Shown here one piece after another: positions 47,872 to 57,328 of a stretch of DNA of 64,000 nucleotides (position 1 is the stretch's first letter; the number at the start of each line of letters is the position of its first letter). This stretch comes from Alphaproteobacteria bacterium (lineage in GTDB: Bacteria; Pseudomonadota; Alphaproteobacteria; UBA828), in the NCBI GenBank assembly GCA_965243315.1, contig CBDEUP010000007.1:664221-728220 (forward strand), given 5' to 3'. Under the pieces are notes generated by a model. The model was not told the DNA's origin, ran no database searches, and saw nothing but the letters and a program-made list of their open reading frames with translations. The position numbers and the translations under genes are program-made.

Positions 47872-48387
47872 ATGTCCCCCATCCGTAAAGAGCGGCCGCA
47901 AGACGGCCCGGAGATCGAGCCCCTGCTGGACCGTGCCTTTGGCACGGATCGTCATGCCCGCCCTTCCTACCGCCTGCGCGAAGGTATCGAGCCCGTGCAC
48001 AGCCTCTGCCTCGTCGCCGAGGACGAGGGCCGAATCCTCGGCGCGATCCGGCACTGGCCTGTACGGATCGGCACAACGGGATCGGCACTGTTGCTAGGGC
48101 CGATCGCCGTTGACCCGCCCCAAGAGGGACGCGGAATCGGAGGACTACTGATCCGAACCGCCCTCGATGCGGCGGCAGCCCAGGGGCATAGGGTTGTCGT
48201 CGCGGTGGGTGCTTTGAGTTATCTCGGCCGCTTCGGCTTTGCGAGCGCTACGCGCTACGGGATCACCCTTCCAGGCCTCACGGATTCCCGCCGGCTGCTC
48301 GCCCTGGAACTCGCTCCCGGCGCTCTCGGCGGTGTGACGGGCGAGATTACTCGCCTCAGCCCGGAGGCGGCTTCGTGCCGGCCGTGA
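47872..48387 (+). CDS. GNAT family N-acetyltransferase
   Basis: 171 aa. Acetyl-CoA binding motif QEGRGIGGLLIRTALD. Convergent with gmk, overlapping it by 32 nt. Confidence 0.7.
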   Translation: MSPIRKERPQDGPEIEPLLDRAFGTDRHARPSYRLREGIEPVHSLCLVAEDEGRILGAIRHWPVRIGTTGSALLLGPIAVDPPQEGRGIGGLLIRTALDAAAAQGHRVVVAVGALSYLGRFGFASATRYGITLPGLTDSRRLLALELAPGALGGVTGEITRLSPEAASCRP

Positions 48388-49024
48388 GCCGCTGGACGAA
48401 CACGTCGAGCCCTTTCAGGCGGTCCCGACGCAGGCGCTCGGCGCGAAGGATCGAGCGCACTTCCCCGACGGACCGTTCGAGCGCAGTGTTGACGACCACG
48501 TAGTCGTACTCGTCGTAGTGGCTCATCTCGTCGGCGGCGCGGCTCATGCGCTCCGCGACCACGGCCGGGCTGTCCTGCGCGCGCCGCTTGAGCCGCTGCT
48601 CCAGCGCTTCCAACGACGGCGGCAGGATAAAGATTCGGACCAGGTCGCCCTGCACGGCCTCCGCAAGCTGCTGGCTGCCCTGCCAGTCGATGTCGAAGAC
48701 GACATCGCGGCCGGCATCGAGCGCGCTTTCCACCGGGTCGCGGGCGGTGCCGTACCAGTGGCCGAAAACCTCCGCGTATTCCAGGAACTCCCCGCGCTCC
48801 CTGAGGCGCGCGAACCCGGCCTCGTCGACGAAGTGATAGTCGCGGCCGTCCATCTCGTCCGGCCGCTTGGGCCGCGTCGTGTGCGAGACCGAGATTTCGA
48901 CTCCGTCGCCTTCGAGCTCCACCAGGCGACGGGTAATGGTCGTCTTGCCCGCACCGGAGGGTGAGGACAGCACCAGCAGAAGGCCGCGGCGCCCGAAGGC
49001 CGGATTGTAGGTGGAGACGCTCAC
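48356..49024 (-). CDS. gmk: guanylate kinase
   Basis: P-loop SSPSGAGKTT and GMP-binding HTTRPKRPDEMDGRDYHFV motifs. 222 aa. Confidence 0.9.
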   Translation of the reverse strand: MSVSTYNPAFGRRGLLLVLSSPSGAGKTTITRRLVELEGDGVEISVSHTTRPKRPDEMDGRDYHFVDEAGFARLRERGEFLEYAEVFGHWYGTARDPVESALDAGRDVVFDIDWQGSQQLAEAVQGDLVRIFILPPSLEALEQRLKRRAQDSPAVVAERMSRAADEMSHYDEYDYVVVNTALERSVGEVRSILRAERLRRDRLKGLDVFVQRLTAGTKPPPG

Positions 49025-49027
49025 CGC

Positions 49028-49924
49028 CTACTCCACGTTCTGCGCCTGCTCACGGAACTGGTCGATGGCGGCCTTGAGCGCGAGTCCGATCTCCGTGAGC
49101 GCGGCATGAGAGGCCTTGGAGCAAAGCGTGTTGGCCTCCCGGTTGAACTCTTGCGCCAGGAAATCCAGCTTGCGTCCGACAGCATCCCCCTCCTTCAGAT
49201 GACGTGCCGCCGCTGCGCAGTGGGACTTGAGCCGGTCGATCTCCTCGGTCACGTCGATCTTGACGGCGAGGAGCGCGAGCTCTGTTGCCAGCCGATCCTC
49301 GGGCACCGTGGAGCCCGCATCGACCAGAGCCTCTACCTGCTCGCGCAGCCGGACACCAAGCGCCTCCTGGCGCGTGGGCGCCAACGCCTCGGCGCGTTGC
49401 GTCAGCGTCGTAATCTTCTCGATGCGATCCGTCAGCGCGGCCGCGAGCGCGGCCCCCTCGGACTGCCGCTCGCGTACCAACTCGGAGAGTGCTTCGTCGA
49501 GCGTCTCCAGCATGGCGCCGTCGTCCTGGGCACCCTCGGAGTCGTCGGCTGATTCCGCGGTCTCGATGACGCCGCGCAGCGCGAGCATGCCGTCGAGGCG
49601 GGGCGGCGCGATGTCGTCTCGCCCGCGATATTCGGCCGCAAGAGCGATCAACTCGTCGAGCCACGCCCGGTTGACGCGCAAGGCTGCGGCCTCCAGCGCC
49701 TGGGAAAGCCTGAGCCCCACCGTCACATTGCCGCGCCGAAGGCGTGCAGACACCGCGCTGCGCACCGCCGGGTCGAGCCGCTCCAGCCCCTGCGGCAGGC
49801 GGCAGCGAATGTCCAGCGCCCGCCCGTTGACGCTCTTGACCTCCCAGCTCCAGCCGGCCGCGCCGTCGCCGCCACTGGCACGCGCGAATCCGGTCATACT
49901 GGAGATCGCGGTTATGTCCCCCAT
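49028..49924 (-). CDS. yicC: YicC/YloC family endoribonuclease (stress-induced protein)
   Basis: N-terminal SMTGFAR motif and a C-terminal DUF1732-like region (KLDFLAQEFNREANTLCSK). Confidence 0.8.
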   Translation of the reverse strand: MGDITAISSMTGFARASGGDGAAGWSWEVKSVNGRALDIRCRLPQGLERLDPAVRSAVSARLRRGNVTVGLRLSQALEAAALRVNRAWLDELIALAAEYRGRDDIAPPRLDGMLALRGVIETAESADDSEGAQDDGAMLETLDEALSELVRERQSEGAALAAALTDRIEKITTLTQRAEALAPTRQEALGVRLREQVEALVDAGSTVPEDRLATELALLAVKIDVTEEIDRLKSHCAAAARHLKEGDAVGRKLDFLAQEFNREANTLCSKASHAALTEIGLALKAAIDQFREQAQNVE

Positions 49925-49942
49925 CGAGGCGCCTCTCAGCCG

Positions 49943-50938
49943 CTACTTCTTCGCCTTGGCCCGCGTCGCGCGCCAGCGCGCGACGTTGCGGTTGTGCTCA
50001 TCCAGGGTCTTCGCGAACGCATGCCCGCCGGAGCCGTCGGCAACGAAATAGAGCGCATCGGTCTCGGCGGGATTCAGGACTGCGGCAAGCGCGGCCCGCC
50101 CGGGATTGGCGATGGGGCCCGGCGGCAGACCCTTGTTGCGGTACGTGTTGTAAGGACTCTCGACCCAGAGGTCGGCGCGCCTGAGCGCCCGTCCCAACGG
50201 CCGTTCACCGCCAGTTATTGCGTAGATCACGGTCGGGTCAGCCTGGAGCCGCATGCCTTGGCGCAGCCGGTTAAGGAAGACGCCTGCGATCACCGGCATC
50301 TCGTCGGCGACGCCGGTCTCCTTCTCGACCACGGACGCCAGCACCACTGCATCGTGCGCTTCGTCGAGGCCAACCGCAGAATCGCGGGCCGCCCATAGCT
50401 CGTCGACCAGACGCGCCATGGCCCGCTGCATGCGCTCGATGAGGACGGCGCGGTTGTCACCCAGTGCATAGTGATAGGTCTCGGGCAGGAGCGAGCCTTC
50501 TTCGGGCACCTTCAAGATCTCGCCTTCGAGCCCCGGCGCCGCGCGGACCGCGGCCACCACCTCGGCGCCGGTCATGCCCTCTACGACAGTCAGACGGTGC
50601 ACGACGGTCTTGCCCGCGACCAGCTTCTCCATCACGCCGCGCGGCGTGACCAGCGCCTCGAACACGTACTCGCCGGCCTTGAGCGCATGCTGCTTGTCCT
50701 CGATCCAGAGCCCGGCGACGAAGAGCAGCGGATCGTCGATGACACCCGCTTCCTCAAGCGTATCGGCGATGTCGAAGGCGCTTAGCCCCTGGGGCAGGAC
50801 CACGGTGCGCTCATCGCGTGCGGGCCCCGGCGTGTCGAACCGGCTGTGGACGTAGAGCCAACCTGCGATCGCGAGGACGACGGCGAGACCCACCACGACC
50901 GCCACGCCCGTGAGCGGCCATAGGAGGGCGCGCCTCAT
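49943..50938 (-). CDS. mltG: endolytic murein transglycosylase MltG (YceG family)
   Basis: N-terminal transmembrane helix and a YceG-like domain (VVEKETGVADE, YNTYRNKGLPPGPIANPG). Confidence 0.85.
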   Translation of the reverse strand: MRRALLWPLTGVAVVVGLAVVLAIAGWLYVHSRFDTPGPARDERTVVLPQGLSAFDIADTLEEAGVIDDPLLFVAGLWIEDKQHALKAGEYVFEALVTPRGVMEKLVAGKTVVHRLTVVEGMTGAEVVAAVRAAPGLEGEILKVPEEGSLLPETYHYALGDNRAVLIERMQRAMARLVDELWAARDSAVGLDEAHDAVVLASVVEKETGVADEMPVIAGVFLNRLRQGMRLQADPTVIYAITGGERPLGRALRRADLWVESPYNTYRNKGLPPGPIANPGRAALAAVLNPAETDALYFVADGSGGHAFAKTLDEHNRNVARWRATRAKAKK

Positions 50939-50948
50939 TGCCCGCCCC

Positions 50949-52226
50949 CTAAGTCGGCTGGCCTACGATGACCGTGGCGTTGGTGCCGCCGAACCCGAAG
51001 GAGTTCGACAGCGCCCGCTCGATCTTGCGCTCCTTGGCCTCATGCGGGACCAGATCGAGATCGCAGCCCGGCGAGGGATTGTCGAGATTGAGCGTCGGCG
51101 GGACCACGCCGTCGTTGATGGCGAGGATGGAGAAGATCAGCTCCACGCTGCCCGCCGCGCCCAGCAAATGCCCGATCGACGATTTGGTCGACGACATCGA
51201 GAGCCGCCCGGCGTCCTCGCCGAAAAGCTGCTTGACCGCACCGAGCTCGATTTCGTCGCCGAGCGGCGTCGAGGTGCCGTGCGCGTTGATGTAGTCGATC
51301 TCGTCGGTGTTGAGCTCCGCGGTCCTGAGCGCGTGGGCCATGGAGCGATAGCCGCCCGATCCGTCCGGCGCCGGTGCAGTCACGTGGTGGGCATCGCCGC
51401 TCATGCCGTAGCCGATGACCTCGGCATAGATCGTCGCGCCCCGTTTCTTGGCGTGCTCGTATTCCTCCAGCACGACCACGCCTGCGCCCTCGCCCATCAC
51501 GAATCCGTCGCGCGCCTCGTCCCAGGGACGCGATGCACGTTCTGGCTCGTCGTTGAAGTTGGTGGAGAGTGCGCGGGCCGCTGCGAAGCCCGCGACGCCG
51601 ATGTGGCAGACGCCGGCCTCCGCCCCGCCGGCGACCATGACGTCCGCATCGCCGCGCAGGATGAGGTGCGAGGCATCGCCGATCGCGTGCGCCCCGGTCG
51701 AGCATGCCGTGACAACCGAATGATTGGGCCCGCGGAAGCCGTAGCGGATCGAGACGTGGCCCGAAGCCAGGTTGATCAGGCTCGACGGGATGAAGAACGG
51801 GCTGAGCCGCCTCGGACCCTTCTCGTCTACGAGGACCGTCGCCGCCTCGATGGTCTTGAGCCCGCCGATGCCGGAGCCGATCATCACGCCAGTCCGCTCC
51901 AGGCTCTCCTCGTCGTCGGGCATCCAGCCCGAGTCCTCCACCGCCTCCACCGCAGCACAGAGCGCATAGACGATGAAGTCGTCCATCTTGCGCAGGTCCT
52001 TGGTGGATACGATGTCGGCCGCGTGGAAGGCGCCCTCATCGTCGCCGGACGGAATCTCGCCCGCGATTTTGACCGGCAGGTCGCTGGGATCGAAGCCTTC
52101 GATTTGAGCGATGCCCGAGCGGCCTTCAACCAGCCGCTCCCAACTCAAGCGAACGCCGTTCGCCAGCGGCGACACCATGCCGACACCGGTGACCACCACT
52201 CTGCGCGCCGGGTCAGCGGTGCGCAT
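50949..52226 (-). CDS. fabF: 3-oxoacyl-[acyl-carrier-protein] synthase II
   Basis: 425 aa. Active-site Cys context VVTACSTGAHAIG, His-His contexts (ADVMVAGGAE, NAHGTSTPLGD), and the C-terminal FGFGGTNAT. Confidence 0.95.
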   Translation of the reverse strand: MRTADPARRVVVTGVGMVSPLANGVRLSWERLVEGRSGIAQIEGFDPSDLPVKIAGEIPSGDDEGAFHAADIVSTKDLRKMDDFIVYALCAAVEAVEDSGWMPDDEESLERTGVMIGSGIGGLKTIEAATVLVDEKGPRRLSPFFIPSSLINLASGHVSIRYGFRGPNHSVVTACSTGAHAIGDASHLILRGDADVMVAGGAEAGVCHIGVAGFAAARALSTNFNDEPERASRPWDEARDGFVMGEGAGVVVLEEYEHAKKRGATIYAEVIGYGMSGDAHHVTAPAPDGSGGYRSMAHALRTAELNTDEIDYINAHGTSTPLGDEIELGAVKQLFGEDAGRLSMSSTKSSIGHLLGAAGSVELIFSILAINDGVVPPTLNLDNPSPGCDLDLVPHEAKERKIERALSNSFGFGGTNATVIVGQPT

Positions 52227-52295
52227 TCACTGCTCTCCGACTATCGGGGTCTTGCGCAGGCCGTGTCCGCGCCATCGGCCCCTCTGGCCGCCCCG

Positions 52296-52535
52296 TCAGG
52301 TGATCTGCTCGATGTGGTCGATGGCGTCCTTGACCGTGAGGATTTTCTCGGCGGCGTCATCGGGTATTTCGCAGCCGAACTCCTCCTCGAAGGCCATCAC
52401 GAGCTCGACCGTATCGAGACTGTCCGCACCGAGATCGTCGATGAAGCTCGCATTCTCGGTCACCTTTTCCTCTTCGATGCCAAGGTGATCGACGACGATC
52501 TTCTTGACGCGCGCGGCGATATCGTTATCGCTCAT
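52296..52535 (-). CDS. acpP: acyl carrier protein
   Basis: 79 aa. Phosphopantetheine attachment motif [20 protein letters not shown]. Confidence 0.95.
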   Translation of the reverse strand: MSDNDIAARVKKIVVDHLGIEEEKVTENASFIDDLGADSLDTVELVMAFEEEFGCEIPDDAAEKILTVKDAIDHIEQIT

Positions 52536-52782
52536 GTAACCTTCCCTCGTCGGACTGCGTGAACGGCTACGCCGGTCTCAACCGGCGGACAGCGGCCCCG
52601 TGCGGCTCCCGAATCGCAAGCGGACCGTGCCGCGCGGACGGACGGACGCGGCGCTAGGTAACACATTTTTCGGCGATACTCCATACGCTCGGAAGGTGGT
52701 GCCGGTACGAGCGCAAATTCAAGCCTGAAGCCGGCCTGCGAGCCATGAGTGAAGCGCCGAACCCACTGCTGCGTGCCCGACA

Positions 52783-53685
52783 ATGAGCGATCAACCGACC
52801 GAATCGAGCGCCATTCCCGGACGCGGGCGGGTGCTCCTGGGCTCGGCGCTTGTGGCTGTCGCCGGCTTGATGTTCGCCCTCGCCGGCATGGGCATCAAGA
52901 TGGCGGAGGAGAGCCTTTCCAGCTTCGAGGTGCTGTTCTGGCGCAACGTGCTGAGCCTCGCGATCCTCACACCCTGGGTCATCCGGCACTGGCCCAGGTC
53001 GATGCGTCCGGCGCATCGCGGGCTGATGGCGATGCGGGGGATCGCCCTGGTGGCGGCGCTGCTCTGCTACTACCACGCGGTCAGCGTGCTCCCGCTTGCC
53101 GAGGCTGTGCTGCTCAACTTCAGCTCGCCCATCTTCGTGCCGGTCTTGGGTTTCCTGCTGTTCCGATTCGCGCTCGACGTCCGGGTGCTGGCGGCCGTAT
53201 TGATCGGCTTTGCGGGTGTTGCCCTGATCCTCAAGCCGGGAACGGAATTCTTTCAGTTCGCGGCCCTGATCGGGCTCGCATCGGGCGTGCTGGGCGGGCT
53301 CTCTGCCGTCGCGATCTGGCGCATGCCGGCCGACGAGGACCCCTTCCGCATCGCCGTCTACTTCGCGCTCATCGGCATCCTGGTCACGCTCACGCCGATG
53401 CTGATGAGCCCGACCGTGCCGCCGGCGGAAGCCTGGCCTGGCCTGATCATGCTCGGCGTGTTCTCGACCGCCGCCCATGTCCTCTTCGCGAAGGGCTGCC
53501 TGATCGCGCCGACCGACAGGGTCGGCACCTTCATCTACACGTCGGTAGTCTTCGCCGCCGTGTTCGGCTGGCTCTTCTGGGGCGAGGGCGTGGACTGGCT
53601 CATGGGCGCGGGCGCGGCGCTGATCGTCGCTGCCGGCGTGCTTGCCATCCGCGCCGGCAAGCCCGGCCACAAACGAGCACCGTAA
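52783..53685 (+). CDS. EamA/DMT family transporter
   Basis: 300 aa with 10 transmembrane helices and two EamA repeats. On the opposite strand between acpP and fabG. Confidence 0.75.
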   Translation: MSDQPTESSAIPGRGRVLLGSALVAVAGLMFALAGMGIKMAEESLSSFEVLFWRNVLSLAILTPWVIRHWPRSMRPAHRGLMAMRGIALVAALLCYYHAVSVLPLAEAVLLNFSSPIFVPVLGFLLFRFALDVRVLAAVLIGFAGVALILKPGTEFFQFAALIGLASGVLGGLSAVAIWRMPADEDPFRIAVYFALIGILVTLTPMLMSPTVPPAEAWPGLIMLGVFSTAAHVLFAKGCLIAPTDRVGTFIYTSVVFAAVFGWLFWGEGVDWLMGAGAALIVAAGVLAIRAGKPGHKRAP

Positions 53686-53708
53686 GGCGGCCGGCGCACG
53701 CGCGGCAT

Positions 53709-54446
53709 TCAGATCATCGCCATGCCGCCGTTGACGTGGAGCGTCTGCCCCGTGACGTAGCGGGCTTCTTCGCTCGCGAGGTAGACGCAGGCGGCGGCGA
53801 CATCGCTCCCCTCGCCGAAGCGCCCGGCGGGGATCGTGCCGAGCAGCGCCTCCTTCTGCGCGTCCGCCAATGCATCGGTCATCGCCGTCTCGATAAACCC
53901 TGGCGCCACGCAGTTGGCAGTGACGCCGCGCGCGGCCGTCTCGGCCGCAAGCGCCTTCACCATGCCCGCGAGACCGGCCTTGGAGGCCGCGTAGTTGGCC
54001 TGCCCGGCGTTACCGGTCGTGCCGACCACCGAAGTGATGAAGATGAGCCGCCCCCAGCGCTGGCGGATCATGCTGCGCAGACACGCGCGGGCCAGCACGA
54101 AACCTGCGCTGAGATTGACCTCCAGCACCTCTTGCCAATCCTCGTCCTTCATGCGGAGCGCGAGCCCGTCCCGGGTGATCCCGCCGCAATGGACCAGGAC
54201 GGCGGGTGCGCCCAGTGCCTCCGCCGCCCGCTCGGGCAGCGCTGCGAGAGCGTCGCGGTCGGCGAGATCGCAGGGCACCGCTTGCGCGCCCTCCCCCAGC
54301 TTCGCGGCAAGTGCCTCCAGCGCGTCCGCTCGCCGGCCGGATAGCGCCACCGCCGCTCCCTGGCGGTGCAGGGCCTCGGCGATGGCGCTGCCGATGCCGC
54401 CCGACGCCCCTGTCACGAGCGCCACCTTTCCGGACAAATCGAACAT
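53709..54446 (-). CDS. fabG: 3-oxoacyl-[acyl-carrier-protein] reductase
   Basis: 245 aa. Short-chain dehydrogenase motifs TGASGGIGSAIA and YAASKAGLAGM. The track ORF is artificially extended upstream through fabD in another frame. Confidence 0.9.
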   Translation of the reverse strand: MFDLSGKVALVTGASGGIGSAIAEALHRQGAAVALSGRRADALEALAAKLGEGAQAVPCDLADRDALAALPERAAEALGAPAVLVHCGGITRDGLALRMKDEDWQEVLEVNLSAGFVLARACLRSMIRQRWGRLIFITSVVGTTGNAGQANYAASKAGLAGMVKALAAETAARGVTANCVAPGFIETAMTDALADAQKEALLGTIPAGRFGEGSDVAAACVYLASEEARYVTGQTLHVNGGMAMI

Positions 54447-54481
54447 CCCTCGCCGCTCCCTGCTGCTATCTTCGGTCGCGC

Positions 54482-55426
54482 CTACGCCAAGCCTTCCAAG
54501 AGGGCCTCGACGTCCGCGACCGTGCCGACCGCGCTCGCACCCAGCGATCTGTCGATACGGCGCGCGAGCCCGGTGAGCACCTTGCCGGCGCCGACCTCGA
54601 TCAACGTATCGACGCCCTCGCTCGCCATGTGAAGCACGCTCTCGTGCCAGCGCACCATCGCCGTCACCTGGCACACCAGCAGCGCCGGCACCTCGGAAGC
54701 CTCGTGGACCGGGCGTGCGGTCACGTTGGAGACCACCGGGACGGCCAGCGGGTTGAAGGAGACAGTGTCGAATGCCGCCGCCATGGTCTCCGCCGCCGGC
54801 GCCAGCAAAGGCGAGTGGAACGGCGCACTCACCGGGAGCATCACGGCACGCTTGATGCCGTGCTCCGGTGCAAGCGCAACCGCGCGCTCCACCGCCGACA
54901 TGGCACCGCTCACCACGACCTGACCGGGCGCGTTGTCGTTGCCGACCACGCAGACCTCGCCCTCGGCGGCCGCCTGGGCGATCGTCTCGGCCTGTGCGAG
55001 ATCGGCGCCGAGCAGCGCGGCCATGGCGCCGGTGCCCACCGGCACCGCCTCTTGCATGGCTTCGCCCCGCAGGCGCAGCAGGCGCGCCGCATCGCCCAGC
55101 GCCAGGCAGCCCGCGGCGGTGAGCGCCGTGTACTCGCCCAGCGAATGGCCGGCGACGAAGGCTGCACGATCGGATAATCGCCAATCGCCCTCGGCCTCGA
55201 GCGCGCGAATGATCGCAACCGAGACCGCCATGAGCGCGGGCTGCGCGTTACGGGTGAGCGTGAGCTCGCTCTCCTCGCCCCCGAACATGAGCCGCGAGAG
55301 AGGCTCGCCGAGCGCCTCATCCACCTCCTGAAACACGGCGCGGGCGGCCGGAAGGGCATCGTGAAGATCGCGGCCCATGCCAACCGACTGCGAACCCTGT
55401 CCAGGAAAGATGATGGCCGTCGCCAT
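54482..55426 (-). CDS. fabD: malonyl CoA-acyl carrier protein transacylase
   Basis: FPGQGSQ and the active-site GHSLGEY motifs. 314 aa. Confidence 0.9.
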   Translation of the reverse strand: MATAIIFPGQGSQSVGMGRDLHDALPAARAVFQEVDEALGEPLSRLMFGGEESELTLTRNAQPALMAVSVAIIRALEAEGDWRLSDRAAFVAGHSLGEYTALTAAGCLALGDAARLLRLRGEAMQEAVPVGTGAMAALLGADLAQAETIAQAAAEGEVCVVGNDNAPGQVVVSGAMSAVERAVALAPEHGIKRAVMLPVSAPFHSPLLAPAAETMAAAFDTVSFNPLAVPVVSNVTARPVHEASEVPALLVCQVTAMVRWHESVLHMASEGVDTLIEVGAGKVLTGLARRIDRSLGASAVGTVADVEALLEGLA

Positions 55427-55519
55427 GCGGGAGACTCATGCGTTTTCGTGATCCCAACGCGCGCGCCGCTACTGACCACGCAGTCCGAAACCTGTCAAGC
55501 GAGCGGGCCGCAGCGCCGC

Positions 55520-55547
55520 TTGCGATGCAAGAACGATGATGTATAGT
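55520..55547 (+). promoter_or_regulatory. candidate sigma-70-type promoter for the rpsF-rpsR-rplI operon (TTGCGA-N16-TATAGT)
   Basis: The -35-like and -10-like hexamers have near-consensus spacing, about 90 nt upstream of the rpsF ATG. Coordinates are approximate. Confidence 0.35.
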
Positions 55548-55633
55548 CCGCCGCTTGGGTCTGCTGCCTCGCCTAGGAGCGGGGCGGGCGGCCTGTTACG
55601 CGCCGCGACCGACACTCAGGAGAACAGCGCCGC

Positions 55634-56215
55634 ATGCCGCTCTACGAGAGCACGTTTATCGCGCGTCCAGACATCTCGTCCCAGCAAGTGGACGGCCTTG
55701 CCGAGCAGTTTCGCGAGATTCTGACCGAGGCGGGCGGCGAGATTGCCAAGACCGAGTATTGGGGACTGCGCAGCCTTGCGTACCGCATCAAGAAGAACCG
55801 CAAGGGCCACTACTACTTCATGAACATCGATGCGCCGCCGGAGGCGATCTCCGCGATGGAGCACACGATGCGCATCAACGAGGACATCATCCGCTACCTG
55901 ACGGTGCGGGTCGACGAGCACGACCCCAACCCGGCACCGCTCACCCAGTCGCGCGGACGCGGACGCGATGGCCGCGGAGGCCGCGGAGGCCGATGGGAGG
56001 GGCGCCGCCGGGACGACGACGGCGAGGGCCGGCGCCGGGAGGGCGACGGAGAGCGCCGCGAGCGTCCCCAGCGCGAGGACGCCGCGCCGGCTGCCGATGC
56101 AAGCGCCAAGGAGGCCGCGAGCGAAACCCCCGCGAGCGAGACCCCTGTGAGCGAGGCGCCGAGAAGCGGCGAGAGCACGGCGGAGAGCGGTGCCGAGGAG
56201 AAGAGCGATGGCTGA
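55634..56215 (+). CDS. rpsF: 30S ribosomal protein S6 with a long Arg/Gly-rich, then acidic and Ala/Ser-rich, C-terminal extension
   Basis: The N-terminal 100 aa is canonical S6 ([13 protein letters not shown] ... [13 protein letters not shown]). An extra tail of about 90 aa is low-complexity. Confidence 0.9.
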   Translation: MPLYESTFIARPDISSQQVDGLAEQFREILTEAGGEIAKTEYWGLRSLAYRIKKNRKGHYYFMNIDAPPEAISAMEHTMRINEDIIRYLTVRVDEHDPNPAPLTQSRGRGRDGRGGRGGRWEGRRRDDDGEGRRREGDGERRERPQREDAAPAADASAKEAASETPASETPVSEAPRSGESTAESGAEEKSDG

Positions 56216-56597
56216 AGGCGAACGGACCGAGGGCGCCCCGCAGCCAGCCGGTGCAACCCGGCCGGGGCCGGGTGGCGGCGACGGCCGCAGGATGCATCCC
56301 TTCGGCGGGCCGCGCCACGGCGGTGGGCCGGGCGGCGGGCGCGGCGGCGGAGGCGTGCCGATGGTCTCGTTCCCGAGACGCCCGTTCTTCCGCCGCAAGA
56401 AGTCGTGCCCCTTCAGCGGACCCAACGCGCCGAAGATCGACTATCGGGACGTGAAGCTGCTTCAGCGCTTCCTCTCCGAGCGGGGCAAGATCGTGCCGAG
56501 CCGCATCACGGCAGTCTCGGCCAAGAAGCAGCGGGAGCTCGCCCGCGCCATCAAGCGCGCGCGCCATCTGGCGCTGCTGCCCTACGTCATCAAATAG
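56208..56597 (+). CDS. rpsR: 30S ribosomal protein S18 with a Gly/Pro/Arg-rich N-terminal extension
   Basis: C-terminal [15 protein letters not shown] ... [44 protein letters not shown] is canonical S18. The ATG overlaps the rpsF stop by 8 nt. Later in-frame Mets are alternative starts. Confidence 0.85.
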   Translation: MAEGERTEGAPQPAGATRPGPGGGDGRRMHPFGGPRHGGGPGGGRGGGGVPMVSFPRRPFFRRKKSCPFSGPNAPKIDYRDVKLLQRFLSERGKIVPSRITAVSAKKQRELARAIKRARHLALLPYVIK

Positions 56598-56659
56598 ACA
56601 GGTCGTCGCCCGGCGCGGGTACGCCGGCCTGGGCGATTCGCCAAGCGGGGAACAGGGGC

Positions 56660-57313
56660 ATGGAAGTCATCTTGCTCGAGAGGATCGAGAAGCTCGGCGG
56701 GATGGGCGATATCGTCGGGGTGAAGGACGGCTACGCTCGCAACTTTCTGCTGCCCCGCAAGAAGGCCCTTCGCGCCACGCCCGAGAACATGCAGCGCTTC
56801 GAGCGGGAGCGCGAGGCACTGGAGCAGCTCAACAGCGACCGCCGCGATGCCGCCAGCTCGGCCGCGGTCCGGCTCGAGGGTGAGAGCATCATCCTCATCC
56901 GCCAGGCGAGCGACACGTTGCAGCTCTACGGCTCCGTCAGCGCGCGGGATATCGCCGAGGCGATGGCCGAGCGCGGCGCCGAGGTGAGGCGCCAGCAGGT
57001 GCGGCTGGACCGCCCGATCAAGTCGCTCGGCGTCCACGACGTGCGGATCGCGCTCCACCCGGAGGTGACGGTGACGGTCAAGGTCAACGTCGCCCGCTCG
57101 CCTGAGGAGGCTGAGATTCAGGCCCGCGGCGGCACCATCCTCGATGAGGCGGAGGACGAGGCGGACGAAGCCGCAGAGGGTGAGGCCCCGGACGCGGCCG
57201 CGGACGACGCGGCCGATACGGCGGATGCTGGCGAGACGACAGAATCAGCCGAAGCCAGCGGCGACGCGGACAGTCCCTCGGAGGAAGACACGGCCGGCGC
57301 CACGGCCGAATAA
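56660..57313 (+). CDS. rplI: 50S ribosomal protein L9 with an acidic low-complexity C-terminal tail
   Basis: MEVILLERIEKLGGMGDIVGVKDGYARNFLLP is the canonical L9 N-terminus. The tail is D/E/A-rich. Confidence 0.9.
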   Translation: MEVILLERIEKLGGMGDIVGVKDGYARNFLLPRKKALRATPENMQRFEREREALEQLNSDRRDAASSAAVRLEGESIILIRQASDTLQLYGSVSARDIAEAMAERGAEVRRQQVRLDRPIKSLGVHDVRIALHPEVTVTVKVNVARSPEEAEIQARGGTILDEAEDEADEAAEGEAPDAAADDAADTADAGETTESAEASGDADSPSEEDTAGATAE

Positions 57314-57328
57314 TCGAGGCCCCGTGCC

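Noticed and set aside
53709-55184. A 491-aa minus-strand ORF that fuses fabG with sequence overlapping fabD.
   Set aside because: It is a high-GC artefact. FabG homology covers only the last 245 codons, and fabD is read in a different frame (54482..55426).
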